Assembly (NCBI RefSeq): GCF_037042905.1
Contig: NC_087252.1
Location: 13,146,001-13,210,000, forward strand
Direction: 5' to 3'
DNA length: 64,000 nucleotides
From: Lytechinus pictus
Lineage: Eukaryota
Of the stretch, positions 1 through 11,330 are shown piece after piece (within the stretch, counting starts at the first letter, position 1; each line of letters begins with the position of its first letter). Both the position numbers and the translations under genes were made by a program. The notes beneath the pieces were generated by a model that was not told where the DNA came from, ran no database searches, and was given only the letters and a program-made list of their open reading frames with translations.

Positions 1-666
1 CATCAGCCTCACCAGTGCCAGTCGTACCGGGCCTACCGCTTTTCCACTTCTCTTGTTTCCTTATTCTGTCCACATCCTCTCCATCATAGTCATCTCCAGA
101 ACTATCCCCACTGTCTGAGGAATCGTTCTCAGACAGGTAGGTCCAGCGTTTGTTGCCATACCTCTCATCGTCTCTCGATTTAAACTCCAGCATCTCCACA
201 GGTATACCTAGCGGATTCAAGATCCTTACTTCAGTTGATCTGTCCTTTCCGCCTCGCCATGAGGCCTTGTTCCTTTGACTGATATCATCCTGTTTACCAA
301 CATGAGATGTGCGTTCTGTGCTACTTGTCGCTGGATCAGGTTCAATACCTGGCTCACTGGTTCCTGCTTCTGTTCTGCTAGTCCCAGGGTTTGAAAGGCC
401 TGTGGCTTGATCAGTTGTAGGAACTGCCTCCTCGGTACCTGGTTCAACTCTACTTGGTCCTGGGTCTTTTGTTCCTCGCTGAGAGGAAGCCATGTTAGCA
501 TAGACCAGGCTTAGGCTATCCTCATTGCTGTAGTCCGTACCACCTGTGAAAGCCTTATTGAAGAGATTGAAATACTGGGGGCGGAGGAAAGCAGCTTTGT
601 CTCTGATCTCACTTTCTTTAAGAACCTCCAACATGTTTTCAAAGCAATCCAGAATGACTTGGGATT
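1..666 (-). CDS. SNAPC2: SNAPC2/SNAP45-like gene, coding exon 7 (open to the window edge; 3' end not seen)
   Basis: Acceptor cctgttttag|AA at 666, phase matching the upstream exon. Frame is open to base 1: (E)SQVILDCFENMLEVLKESEIRDKAAFLRPQYFNLF...SWRGGKDRSTEVRILNPLGIPVEMLEFK... It resembles recalled vertebrate SNAPC2 motifs ESAVVLDLL and LNPFLVPLELL. This frame is absent from the ORF track because no stop lies in the window. Confidence 0.75.
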
Positions 667-887
667 CTAAAACAGGAGAAGGGAGAAATAAATAAACATA
701 AATGAAAGAATGAGTGAAAAAAATTATAACAAAAACCATAATATTTTTTCCCCAGATAATTCTGATCATTTTAAATACACAAGTTATTCACTTATACCTT
801 ATTCTTATCCAGATGATTCATCCAAAGTAGTACAATAACTCTTTAACAGGCATATTCGTGATACTGATGCAATATCAAACCTAAACC

Positions 888-1097
888 GGAGGTGTTTCAC
901 AAAGATTTAAGTATGACTTACGGTCGCACTTAAATGCCAAAGAGTATATGATATGTAACACGCAATCTTATTGATCAATATGCAGAAGGGCGTGTCATCT
1001 TCATGATCTGACCAATGCGGTGATACCTATCATAAAGCACACAACTAGGCAACAAGTGTGACTCTAAGTCATACTTAAATCTTTGTGAAACACCTCC
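888..1097. mobile_element. MITE with terminal inverted repeats
   Basis: ggaggtgtttcacaaagatttaagtatgactta ... taagtcatacttaaatctttgtgaaacacctcc; related termini at 48497..48806. Confidence 0.8.
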
Positions 1098-1420
1098 CTG
1101 GATGGGAATATTACAGCAGCATGAATAATTCATTTAATCAATTTAAAGCTATCTAATTCATTTTATCTATTCATTTATTCATTCATTTATTCATGTATCC
1201 TGTAATCATGTATTCATATATTCCATTTTTTTTCATTTATTCATTTGCAGAGCCATCAATCTTTAGAATAGCAAATTAATATGCATCTCCCAAATACTAT
1301 TTTTCAGTATAAAAGTTTAAAAGTTTTGAAGGTAGCTCCAAAAAAAAAATGTAATCCAGAAATAGGTTGTCATTGTGTAAAAAGAAGCTACTAATTCCTG
1401 TACAAACCTTTTTCTTTCCT

Positions 1421-1605
1421 GGTGGGTGTTTTATAAAGCTGCTCGTAAGTTAAGAGCGACTTTAAGAATGACCGGTGATCCTTTCTTGTGGTAAATGATA
1501 TTAACCATTACATGATACTTGGTGATTATTTATAGCGTAAGAAAGGATCATCAGTCTTTCTTAAAGTCGCTTTTAACTTTCGAACAGCTTTATGACATGG
1601 CCCCC
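1421..1605. mobile_element. Palindromic MITE
   Basis: Arms ataaagctgctcgtaagttaagagcgactttaagaa / ttcttaaagtcgcttttaactttcgaacagctttatg, flanked by cctgg and ccagg. Confidence 0.75.
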
Positions 1606-1693
1606 AGGCAAAAGAAGGTTGCTACTTATGTCCAAACTATAAAATCACGCTTTTACTGAACTTGCCTAAAAAAGTAATAAATTTTGAGATTGG

Positions 1694-2005
1694 GGCCCGT
1701 ATTCTGAAGTCAGGTCTAACTTAGACCATCAATAGTCTAACTCTGTGCTGAAATTATGGGAAGCCAAAAGTGTCAAAATTTTTATAAAGTTGTGTGTTTT
1801 TCATGTTAACTGTGCTCTTTTCTGATTCGATGGTGAAGACAATCATCTTTTTATACTTCCTAGACAATTATGAATGATTTGAGAGCCAAATGAGCTGAAA
1901 TAAGATATCTCTACTGTTAGTGATTTATGTAACGATTTGCTATCCATACTTAAACCACAACTTTAAACCTGAGTTTCAGTTAAACCCGACTTCAGAATAC
2001 GGGCC
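1694..2005. mobile_element. MITE (Harbinger-like termini)
   Basis: Perfect 18-bp TIR ggcccgtattctgaagtc / gacttcagaatacgggcc; a decayed inverted copy lies at about 35020..35300. Confidence 0.8.
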
Positions 2006-2043
2006 TAAATGTTTAACTCTATCATAAACAACAGTCTACTTAC

Positions 2044-2179
2044 CTAAAGGGGTCAGTTTTGTAGGATGCTTTGATTTGAACAGGTCTGACAAGTATCGGT
2101 AGATACGGCAAGGTTTAAATTCATCACATTTGATCTCCTCGGAGTTCACGGTTCGTTCTACCGATGCCATGATCATCAC
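2044..2179 (-). CDS. SNAPC2: SNAPC2-like coding exon 6
   Basis: ttttgcag|GTGATG...TTAG|gtaagt; 136 nt; VMIMASVERTVNSEEIKCDEFKPCRIYRYLSDLFKSKHPTKLTPL, compare recalled SNAPC2 VLTIAATEP...FEKIYKYLS...PELS. Confidence 0.8.
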
Positions 2180-2191
2180 CTGCAAAAAGGG

Positions 2192-2690
2192 TAATAATGA
2201 TGAGAATTATAATAATATTGATGATGATGATGGCGATACTACTAATACTTTACCCACTACTACTACTACTGATGATGCTGATGATGACGATGATGATAAT
2301 AATAATAATAATAACGGCATATTTACCCAGGGTAGCCACTTCAGTTCCGAAAACTGTTCTCCCAGCGGTGATGAGAATAATAATAATATTGATGATGATG
2401 GCAATACTACTATTACTATACCCACTACTACTACTACTGCATCTACTACTACTACTAATTCTACTACTACTACTACATCTAATACTACTACTACTACTAA
2501 TGATGATGACGACGACAACGACGATGATAAGAATAAAAATAATAATAATGATGATGATAATAATAATAACATTAATAATAATAATAAAATAATAATAATA
2601 ACAGTTATAATGAAATAATAGTAATGACAAAAAACACAATAAAAATAAATAGTACTTTAATAATTATATCAATAATAGTAATACTCAACA
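2192..2690. repeat. Compound trinucleotide microsatellite (TAA/TGA/CTA)n
   Basis: Directly visible; produces the four low-complexity ORFs between 2130 and 2639. Confidence 0.95.
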
Positions 2691-2715
2691 TCAAGCATTG
2701 GGAGGGAATTCCTAC

Positions 2716-2781
2716 CTTACTCATTGCCTTCCACGCTTCCCTGTCTTGATCCCCAAAATGAGTCATCAAATTATTCCATAT
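2716..2781 (-). CDS. SNAPC2: SNAPC2-like coding exon 5
   Basis: ttttctcag|ATATGG...AGTAAG|gtagg; 66 nt, phase 0-0; IWNNLMTHFGDQDREAWKAMSK. Confidence 0.8.
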
Positions 2782-3001
2782 CTGAGAAAATAATCACAGC
2801 AAACCCAAGATAAGAAGCAAAATTTAAATTTGTCCATTTCACAACACATGCACACAAGTTGAGCCCATTAAGGACGTCACTCTTGTGCAATATTCCTGAG
2901 AAATTGGTCAACAGTGTACTCGACACCATGCGTTAATCGCAAAGTACCTCTTTCAAAATGATTACAAAACACAATGATAATTTAAACATAATGATTATCC
3001 A

Positions 3002-3266
3002 GGGGCTCATCTTATAAAGATTTATGACTGATTCGATCAACCACAACTACAGAAAGCCAGCAACGCCAACATTTAAAATCCAATTTTCTAGATATGATGC
3101 ATAGTCATACAATCATCGTTGCTATGACGATTTGGTGTCCTTCCTCTTTGTTTACAAATAACATTGTGCGACTTTCATGGAGGAAAAATTATGGCAATGA
3201 TGGATTTCCATATAGTTGAGGTACATGTAGGTTGGATCAATCACAACTCTTTGTAAGACGGAACCT
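3002..3266. mobile_element. Degenerate MITE
   Basis: Imperfect TIR ggggctcatcttataaaga / tctttgtaagacggaacct. Confidence 0.6.
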
Positions 3267-3457
3267 TGGAATATCATTTGTAGATCTATAGATTAATCCT
3301 CTTTTTCCTCTGACAATTCCTGTTTTATCTGACAGTTACCATACGAATGGTGCTTCTCAACCAATCAAAATTAAGAAAAGTTGTCAGTAGTCTGACAAAA
3401 ACTGTAGATGAAATGCTCCCCTGATCACAGCAAATATCATGAAAACCTGTCCATTAA

Positions 3458-4059
3458 AGGGATGCTCCTGGCTGAAGATATTTATATTTCAATAAATAGA
3501 GTAAAATTCACAGAACAAAATGCTGAAAGTTTGATCAAAATCTTCAAATAATGAAATTATTGAATTTTAAAGATTTGCATAATTCCAGTGAAACACTTCT
3601 AGGCATGTCTTCATGAATATTCATTAGGTGGGCTGATGATGTCATAACCTAACTTGTATATTAATTTATATTTTATCAAATGAAATCAGGTTTACTAAAA
3701 AAAAATCTACAAGAACTAGTACAATTGGACTGACAACTGATTAAGTGCATTAGTTATTTACTGCTGCAACTTATTTCATCATAATGGAGACACATCATTT
3801 TATGTACAGTATGAAAAAATGAAACAAATATGATTTCATGTAATAACAATAGAAAAAGAAATGTGAGGATGTGACATCATCAGCCCACCAAATGGATATT
3901 CATGACGATGTGCATCACTGTTTTCACAAAATATTGCAAATCTTAAAATTCAATAACTTCGTTATTTCTTATCCGATTTTGATGAAATTTTCAGCATTTT
4001 GCTTTGTGAATTTTACTCTATTTATTTAGGTACAATTATTCTCAGCCTGGAGCATCATT
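3458..4059. mobile_element. TTAA-flanked palindromic non-autonomous DNA transposon (Kolobok-like)
   Basis: ttaa|agggatgctcctggctga ... tcagcctggagcatcatt|ttaa with long inverted arms (e.g. atgaatattcattaggtgggctgatgatgtca / tgacatcatcagcccaccaaatggatattcat). Confidence 0.8.
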
Positions 4060-4153
4060 TTAATATGACCTTTTCTTTATTGCCTAAGCTGTCTTTGTAC
4101 ACAAATATGACTGTATTGCAGACAGAGATTGGGTATGTATTATCTAAACTCAC

Positions 4154-4194
4154 CTCAATAGGGGACTTTAACTTCATTGATTCAATTTTGGTCT
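4154..4194 (-). CDS. SNAPC2: SNAPC2-like coding exon 4
   Basis: ttacag|AGACC...ATTGAG|gtgagt; 41 nt; (K)TKIESMKLKSPIE, which joins exon 5 to give SPIEIW (recalled SNAPC2 APIEVW). Confidence 0.78.
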
Positions 4195-4595
4195 CTGTAA
4201 GCAAAAAGTAAGAGATACAAAATGATTATCAGATGGCAAAAAAGAAGGTTTCGAATAATAAGATCATTATATTCTCATAGAGTAAAATTCTTCAAATCAG
4301 AGCACTCTCTTTATAATTATTTTTGTATCATTTACAAAAGTATTCATCTCTATAATCTTCATCATCCGATTAAAGGATGAATTACCGGTAACTTTGTTGA
4401 AAGTAGAAAAATTCGCTCATAATGGAATAAGAGGTGTACTGTCTCTTTCCACTTCTGTCCAGTGTATAATAAAAAAGTTAGCTGAACTTTTTGGATGAAA
4501 ATGAAATTGAGAACTCTCTGATAAGGAATAGTGCCTGAGAACAGTCATCAGATAGACAGCATGGGTGAACCAGCACAGTTGATGCTAGCCACAGA

Positions 4596-5436
4596 GGTAA
4601 ATCGCCAATTCATCCACTCACCACATGGTCTACCTTCATTTAGTCTAATGCCATTCCGTCCATCAACATTTCGTCTAATAACCATTTGGTCCAACCATCA
4701 CTTCGTCTAATCACCATTTTGTCTATTACCGTTTCGTCTAATAACCAGTTGGTCAAATGCCCATTTTTTTTTCATTCATTTTGCACAATTAACACTTCAG
4801 TTTAATTAGACCAAATGGTATATGGACTAAATGGTTATTGGACCAACTGGTTATTAGACTAAATGAAAGTAGACCATGTGGTGAGTAGACGAACTGATGA
4901 TTGACCAAATGGGAGCGCACGAGTTGACAATTGGACGAATTGGCATTAGACATATTGGATATAAACCACCAGAGACCATTGCCCATTTGCAGTATTTGTA
5001 ATGGACTAATGGTATGAAGGGAATCTTATTGGTCTATTTTCAATTGGTCTAATGCCAATTCTTCCAATTACCATCTCATCTACGATCAGTTCATCCACTA
5101 TCCACATATACCCTAGTTTAATTGCCATTTCATCCATTCATCATTTCGTCTAACCAGTTGGTCCATTAGCCATTCAGTTCAAATATAATTTGGTCTAATT
5201 GGACTATGTATTAATTGGGCAAAATGAAATGAAAATAAAATTGATATTAAACTAACTGGTTATGAGACGAAATGGTCATAGACGAACTGGTGATTAGACA
5301 AAGTAATGATTGGACCCAATGTTTATTCGATCAAATGGTTGTTAGACGAAAAGTTGGACAGAATAGCATTAGACTAAATGAAGGTAGACCATGTGGTGAG
5401 TGGAAAAGTTGGCAGTAGACGAATTGGCCATGTACC
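4596..5436. mobile_element. Two adjacent foldback-type MITEs with ~21-bp internal subrepeats (about 4596..4967 and 5031..5436)
   Basis: ctcaccacatggtctaccttcatttagtctaat inverted to attagactaaatgaa(a/g)gtagaccatgtggtgag; repeated ttcgtctaa/ttagacgaa units. Confidence 0.7.
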
Positions 5437-5585
5437 ATCTTATTGTGACATTGTAGATATATATACTGCTTTGCTTTAAACTCTGGTCATTCCTTCCTGA
5501 TTTTAAAGGATTGCAATTATGATAGAATTTCAAGATAAATAATTGATTTTAGTTTTTAATTTATAAATGCCTTTTATTATCATTT

Positions 5586-5735
5586 TTATGACCGTGATTG
5601 TCATAAATCATCATCTTTATCACCATCATCCTCATCATCATCACCATCACCATCATCATCATCGTCATCACTATCACCCTTACCATCATCATTACCACCA
5701 CCACCATCAACTATACAATCATCACCTCATCACAA
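5586..5735. repeat. (CAT/CAC)n microsatellite
   Basis: Directly visible; source of the poly-His ORF 5567..5779. Confidence 0.9.
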
Positions 5736-5747
5736 TATTCTACTTAC

Positions 5748-5857
5748 TCATGGCCTTTTTTCTGAGATTCTTGAGGTAAATCTCCACATCACTTTTCTTC
5801 TTGGTCTTCACATGTCTCTTTATGGCAAGGTAATTAAATTGGGCGATGGCTGTTTTC
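5748..5857 (-). CDS. SNAPC2: SNAPC2-like coding exon 3 (Myb/SANT-like helices)
   Basis: ctttctgcag|GAAA...GCCATGA|gtaagt; 110 nt, phase 2-1; KTAIAQFNYLAIKRHVKTKKKSDVEIYLKNLRKKAM. Confidence 0.78.
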
Positions 5858-6174
5858 CTGCAGAAAGATATGATTTCGGGTTGAAATACCACTCAAAATG
5901 TGTCAACTCCTTTTTCTTTGCCTTTATTTCTATATCAGCTCTGCATAGCATGGCGTGCACACTTAAAATATCCACAAAGGTAAAACCACTGAAAGCTCAA
6001 AAGGATTCTCTGCATTGCTATGTGTGTACATGTATGATGTGGAATGTAATGAATATTGTTTCCAAACGATTGTTACCCCCATGTATCTCTTCAAATCAAA
6101 GCATTTTGCGATCAATGTGATAAACGTCTGCATATCTTAACAATAAAAAACAATAGATTATAAAATAATAACTA

Positions 6175-7031
6175 CTGTATAAGCTGTTATTTTCGTGGTG
6201 ATTTTATTTTCGCGGATTTCGTGAATTGCCGATCGGCCGCGAATTTAACAACGCGCGAAAACATTGACACATTTATTAGTCAGTGCCAATGTCCCCAACA
6301 GCAAAGTTTTGCTATTGAAAACATTCTGTGAAGTGAGGAATTTCAGATATATGCGCCTTTATATTTACAAAAAATAAGGTTTCGAAAGTACAGTTAGTGG
6401 TTCAAAAAGTTAGCTAGAATTTCACTTTTTTTTTTTCTCAAACAAAATCAAAGCCTAAACTATTTTCTAACATAATTCTTTCGATATTTATTCACTCACT
6501 GTGATATTACAATGTATTTTCCATTGAATAATTTGATTTTATTGTCATTAGATTGACTATATACACACTTAATGGCAGCTATTTATATTCATAAGTCACA
6601 TGACCAGAGCTTTTAGAAGGGTAAGAATCTGTTCACAGAAATCAACATTTTTGCACTGAAACCAACTTTTTACAAAGTGAATCTAACAAAACACAACTTC
6701 AAAAGATAATTACTCTTACATATCAAACCATGACATGATGAATTTTCAGATCTAAAGGTACAAAAAAGTGAAATTTAAGCCACTTTTTCCACACTTTGTT
6801 ACAGTTTGTAACTATTTTTACCGGGACATATTTATGTATAAATTACACATCAGCTTAGCTGATTTGAGTAATACAGTTTTTGCACATGGTTTGCACTAGT
6901 AGTTTTGCTTCTCTGAAATGCTGTGGAAGTGTTTTGTACATCATCCGATCGCGAATTTAACAACCTGCGAAAATGTTGGGACCCCCGTGATTCGCGAAAA
7001 ATTCTGTACGCGAAAATAACAGCATGTACAG
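6175..7031. mobile_element. Non-autonomous Tc1/mariner-type element with TA TSD
   Basis: ta|ctgtataagctgttattttcg ... cgaaaataacagcatgtacag|ta; subterminal cgcgaatttaacaac repeats. Confidence 0.75.
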
Positions 7032-7676
7032 TATATCAATCCTTAACATAAATTTCAGCCCATCGAGCAAAGGAAACGACCTTATTTTGGCTTTGATCTT
7101 GATGTCTTCATTCAAATTCTTAGTCAAATTTCGCCAAATGAACGTAGAGGGCAGCAACACTGTTTGTTGACATCATATTTGCCGTATATTGTCGCTAATT
7201 TCAGCACATATCAACAAGAATATACGGCGGAGTTAGACCCTAAATCTGGGAATGCGAACGGTGAAATCAAGATCGAAACCGAAATAAAGCTATTCCTCAA
7301 TGAGGTTGAAACTCAGGTTGAGATCGATAATTGGGAACTGATTTGGATAAAAACTTCGGTAAAATTAGTACGCCGACATTGCAGGATGCTAAAGTGCACT
7401 AGGGCCTAGATCTGGCGCTAGCGTGCACCTAGCGAGGCCAGGCTTCTAGGTGCTGCAGCAGCAGTGTTGTCCGGTGGCTCCCAGTTCTGGGCTGATCAAG
7501 GACCAACAAAATTTCATTTCTAAACCTTCAGGTCCTGGTTCAAGCCTGGTCTTCCTTCCAGGCCCCAACATTAGTGGGGGGGGGGGGGGCATTTCAGGGG
7601 TGATTTTGTCTAAAGCCCCTGTGAAATTTTCGCTGGCCCTACATATTCCATAAAAGGAGACTGAATAAAATCTTAC

Positions 7677-7821
7677 TCCTTGAGTGCTCTCAGTAGAAGC
7701 TGCTTCTCCAGTGTGTTCCACCGAATGCATTTCTGTTTCCCGTTCCATTGTTCTGAATCTGACACAGGATCGCGGGCGTTCCGTCCAGCACGGGTCCTGC
7801 TGGATCGCCTCACATCTGACC
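7677..7821 (-). CDS. SNAPC2: SNAPC2-like coding exon 2
   Basis: ttgttattgaag|GGTCA...AAGGA|gtaaga; 145 nt, phase 1-2; SDVRRSSRTRAGRNARDPVSDSEQWNGKQKCIRWNTLEKQLLLRALK, compare recalled SNAPC2 WSAREKRQLVRLL. Confidence 0.75.
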
Positions 7822-9293
7822 CTTCAATAACAACAAAAAAATCATTAAGACCATAACAATTCAATTGTCTATGAATGATACACACATTTTCCACAGATCT
7901 GGGATAATAAGATGAGCCTTCAATGAAATTTCCTTCCACATTTTCTGCTATATATCAGGGTGGACTTATCTCATGAGGGAATTTACTTTTGAGGAAAAAA
8001 ATACATTTTAGATATAAATAACTAAATAAATGGATGGATAAATGAATAAACAAATGAATAATAAAAAAATACTGATGATAAAGAAAGAAATGAGTAACCA
8101 AACAATTCTAAATTAATGAATGACGTTCAGCTGAATAGGGACATCATATCTAAGAATTATGAGTCGCATCTGATATGTTTTGAAGTCGGAAGTAGAGGGG
8201 TGGTTACCAGAGACAATAAACAGCAAATTAAGACAATTCTACACCACGTCGGTTCAAGGAAATACAAAGATGTTATCCTTACAATGAGTAAACTAGCACT
8301 AATTGGTTCATACGTGATCTACAATGAAAAGAGTGAACCACAGTGGACCGACATGACACTTCTTCACTGACTCTCATTTTGAATTTCCCCAATATGATTG
8401 TTGTACATCTAAAGATAATTATTTGCTCATTTTTCCGTCAATATTATGCTGTTCAGATTATTATGGCGTAAGGGCTGATTCCTTTCCCCTTATACTTCAC
8501 CCCCTCTCTACCTCTTTATCTATATTCCCTTCTCCCCTTTTCCTATTTCTTCTCTTCTTTCCAACCTATTCCACACCATTTCTTTTCCATCAGCCCTTGC
8601 TTCCTCATTCTTCCCCATTCCAACCATTCTTGTTTCATTTATGTATGCCAGACTGTAATATATCATATAATTTAATATATCACACCTGTTACATATATAC
8701 AAAATATAAACTCAAGATTTAGGCCTACCTATGTGAATTTACACTTTATCTGTTCATATATTCATAATTGCATAATTTATATATTTTTGTAATTCCATAT
8801 GTTAGTACGATGACCTCATTTTAAAATAAGAACAACCTAAGTTAAACCACGGGATAGCACATCCCCTCCTTCCACCTTCTCACCACTTTAAGTATAAATT
8901 TTGCTATGAATTGAATTGACGCGTTTGATATGTAAATAATTATTATATCTTGTTTTATGTTTATTTATCTATATCTTTACTGTATTCAATTTATGTTGCC
9001 CTGTATTACGTTCGTTTAGAACTGGTAACCTGGGCCCATTATTGTAATTGATTCCCTTTTTTATGAATAAAAGGTGATTTATAAAAAAAAGTTGAACTTG
9101 ATCTTGATATTGCTGATGTACAAATGCCTGGTGTACAGTACCTATCCCGCATAATTCAAGCAGCAAATGAGTGAAGTCGCAAAACACACTTCTATTAATC
9201 TTATAATATAAATTGATGTAATAAATAATGTAAGTACATTATAAAAAAAAAAAGATGTACAAGCTCCATAAGTAAAAAATGACACCATCTTAC

Positions 9294-9375
9294 CATTTCT
9301 ATCAGGGTCATTTTTCTTCTTGTATGTCTTTTTTTTCCTTGGGACGGGGGCTTCTGTATCAAGACTTGTATCCAT
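9294..9375 (-). CDS. SNAPC2: SNAPC2-like first coding exon (start codon, basic NLS-like stretch)
   Basis: ATG at 9375; MDTSLDTEAPVPRKKKTYKKKNDPDRN+G|gtaaga, phase matching exon 2. Upstream acceptor ttttttccatcag at 9417 is followed by an in-frame TGA, so the start of this exon is 5'UTR and a further non-coding exon lies upstream (candidate donor aag|gtaaaac near 10368). Confidence 0.65.
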
Positions 9376-9893
9376 TTTGGAATCAAACCAATATTTATGT
9401 TTCGAACATCATGCAATCTGATGGAAAAAAATAAGAAAATAAGGATAAATGTATGTAATGTCAAAGAAAAAGGAACGTGGATGCATGCTACATCCGATTT
9501 GCATCAGGCAAAAAAATGCTTTCTATCTTCGGGGGGGGGGGGGGAGGCTACTTCTCACAACTTACAGCTGTCTCTTTCGCAGAGTTTTTTAACATTTTGA
9601 ATTTTTTTTTAATTTCTCCTCGTACACAGCCGGTTCGCGATCGTGCAGCCGCCATTAGGGGGTTAACAATGCAAAATACCCCCGATGCAGCTCATCGATT
9701 TTTGTCTTTATTTCTGAAAATTATTAAAAGAACTGGTCCAATATAAAGATTATCATTCCGTTTTGGCCTGAAATGCACCAAAAAGGCTGTGTCGAGGAAC
9801 TCGCACTTCGCTGGTTTATCCGAGCTTAATACATATAAACATATGCAAATGGCCATAGAACTTCGGTCGGTGTGACTGGTGAGTGGAGCCAAG

Positions 9894-10276
9894 GAGGCTT
9901 CTAAAGAGTAAAAATCATTTACTAACGTATGCTTACTCTCAACGAAGCACGCGTCTGTAACGTTGGGGAAGAATAGGAAACAAGATGGCAGCTAAAACAT
10001 TGGGCAAGTCTCTTCCGTCTTTTCATATTTTTCTCATTTTTTTGATGAATTCTTGTTAAATTAAAATTAAAATCGATAGCGTAGAAATATCGGAAATGAA
10101 GTTTTATCCAATGTACATGATTTAAGTCAGATCTTTTAGAAGGAAAGTAGAAATCTCAGGGGCGAAAGTTTCAGGGTTTTGGGCTGTACGTGCAGATGTA
10201 TGGGAAGCAATTCCAGGCTTCGTTGAGAGTAAGCATACGTTAGTAAACTAAATGATTTTTACTCTCTAGAAAGCTA
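9894..10276. mobile_element. hAT-like MITE with 8-bp TSD, in the presumed SNAPC2 5'UTR intron
   Basis: ~55-bp TIR (agagtaaaaatcattta...ctaacgtatgcttactctcaacgaagc and its inverse); flanks gagccaag / gagccaac match at 7 of 8 positions. Confidence 0.75.
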
Positions 10277-10859
10277 GAGCCAACAGAGTTACGCGGAACA
10301 ACCATATTTAACAGAGACCCGCGGAGCTGAGCTGGTCTAATTTAAGTTTGACCATGATCGGTTTTACCTTGTTTTTTGTTCAACTTCAACTTTGTCGACT
10401 TTGTTGACAATGACAACTTCACACTCGTAGTCGTACTACTGAGTACTAGTCGTAGTCATACTCGGTAACATAACAAATGGAATAAAAAAAGAGTAAACAA
10501 TTACAAAACTTTAAAGTCAAAGTGACGTGAATTGAGACACCGACAACCATGACAACTCAAATTTCAACGTCAGACAAAGTCAAACTCAAAGTTAAAAAAC
10601 TTCAACTTCAAAGTTCAAGTTCAACACACTTTTGACTTTTTTTGTAGATTTTTGAAAATTGTACATTATTTTCATTCACTTGAAACTTCAAGCCTTTTCA
10701 TCATAAACATCAGCATTATGATCATCAGAAAAGATCATACGATCGACAGGCCGGCAAAGCAGCCTCTCATCATGCTCATTATGGAAAAAGAAATACGTCA
10801 AACCTCAGTTGTTAAGTTCTACTCACACAGAAAGATAGCAGCGGGACTGAAGTAATTCA

Positions 10860-11330
10860 CGAACAAAAATATCGACAGCGGCGTTATCAATGCGATGCCA
10901 ATGCAATTGGCGCTACCTCAGCGCTCCGCTGCGCTGCACGTCATGACCTATGAACCTGATTACGTCACACAATCTTGTTTTATGGTGAAAAATAAGTCCT
11001 AGTAGATTAATTTAGAAGCAAGAGAATGTTTAAGCTATATAAAAAAAGACCTCTGACCATAATAAAATTGTCTTTTAACTATTTTTTTTACCAAAATTGA
11101 TTTATATGAATGTTTCCGACATACTACGGGACCTTACGAACATGTACGGAAACGACCGAACTCCAAATCTGAGCTTTCTCATTGGCTTACGGTAGCTACA
11201 TGAAGAACCGATGGTTGCCGTGTTTTGCGATCGAAACTGTGTATTGTATGTATGGCAGAAAATAGTGGCAACGAGAGATTGTGCGGTAACAAACAGCGTA
11301 TGTATGAGCGCAGTGTTCTTGCCAGAAATC
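10860..11330. promoter_or_regulatory. Putative bidirectional promoter shared by SNAPC2-like (-) and GSK3 (+)
   Basis: Locally CpG-rich region between divergent genes. CRE-like CACGTCA 10937 and TTACGTCA 10960, DR1-like TGACCTaTGAACC 10944..10956, inverted CCAAT near 11181. Transcription start sites are not determinable from sequence. Confidence 0.55.

Noticed and set aside
226..501. 91-aa minus-strand ORF in the track
   Set aside because: Alternative frame inside the SNAPC2-like exon; the splice-consistent frame is different and open to the edge.
2130..2639. Four overlapping 120-160-aa ORFs (poly-D/N/T, poly-I/L)
   Set aside because: Artefacts of trinucleotide microsatellites.
5567..5779. 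His-rich ORF
   Set aside because: (CAT/CAC)n microsatellite in an intron on the opposite strand.
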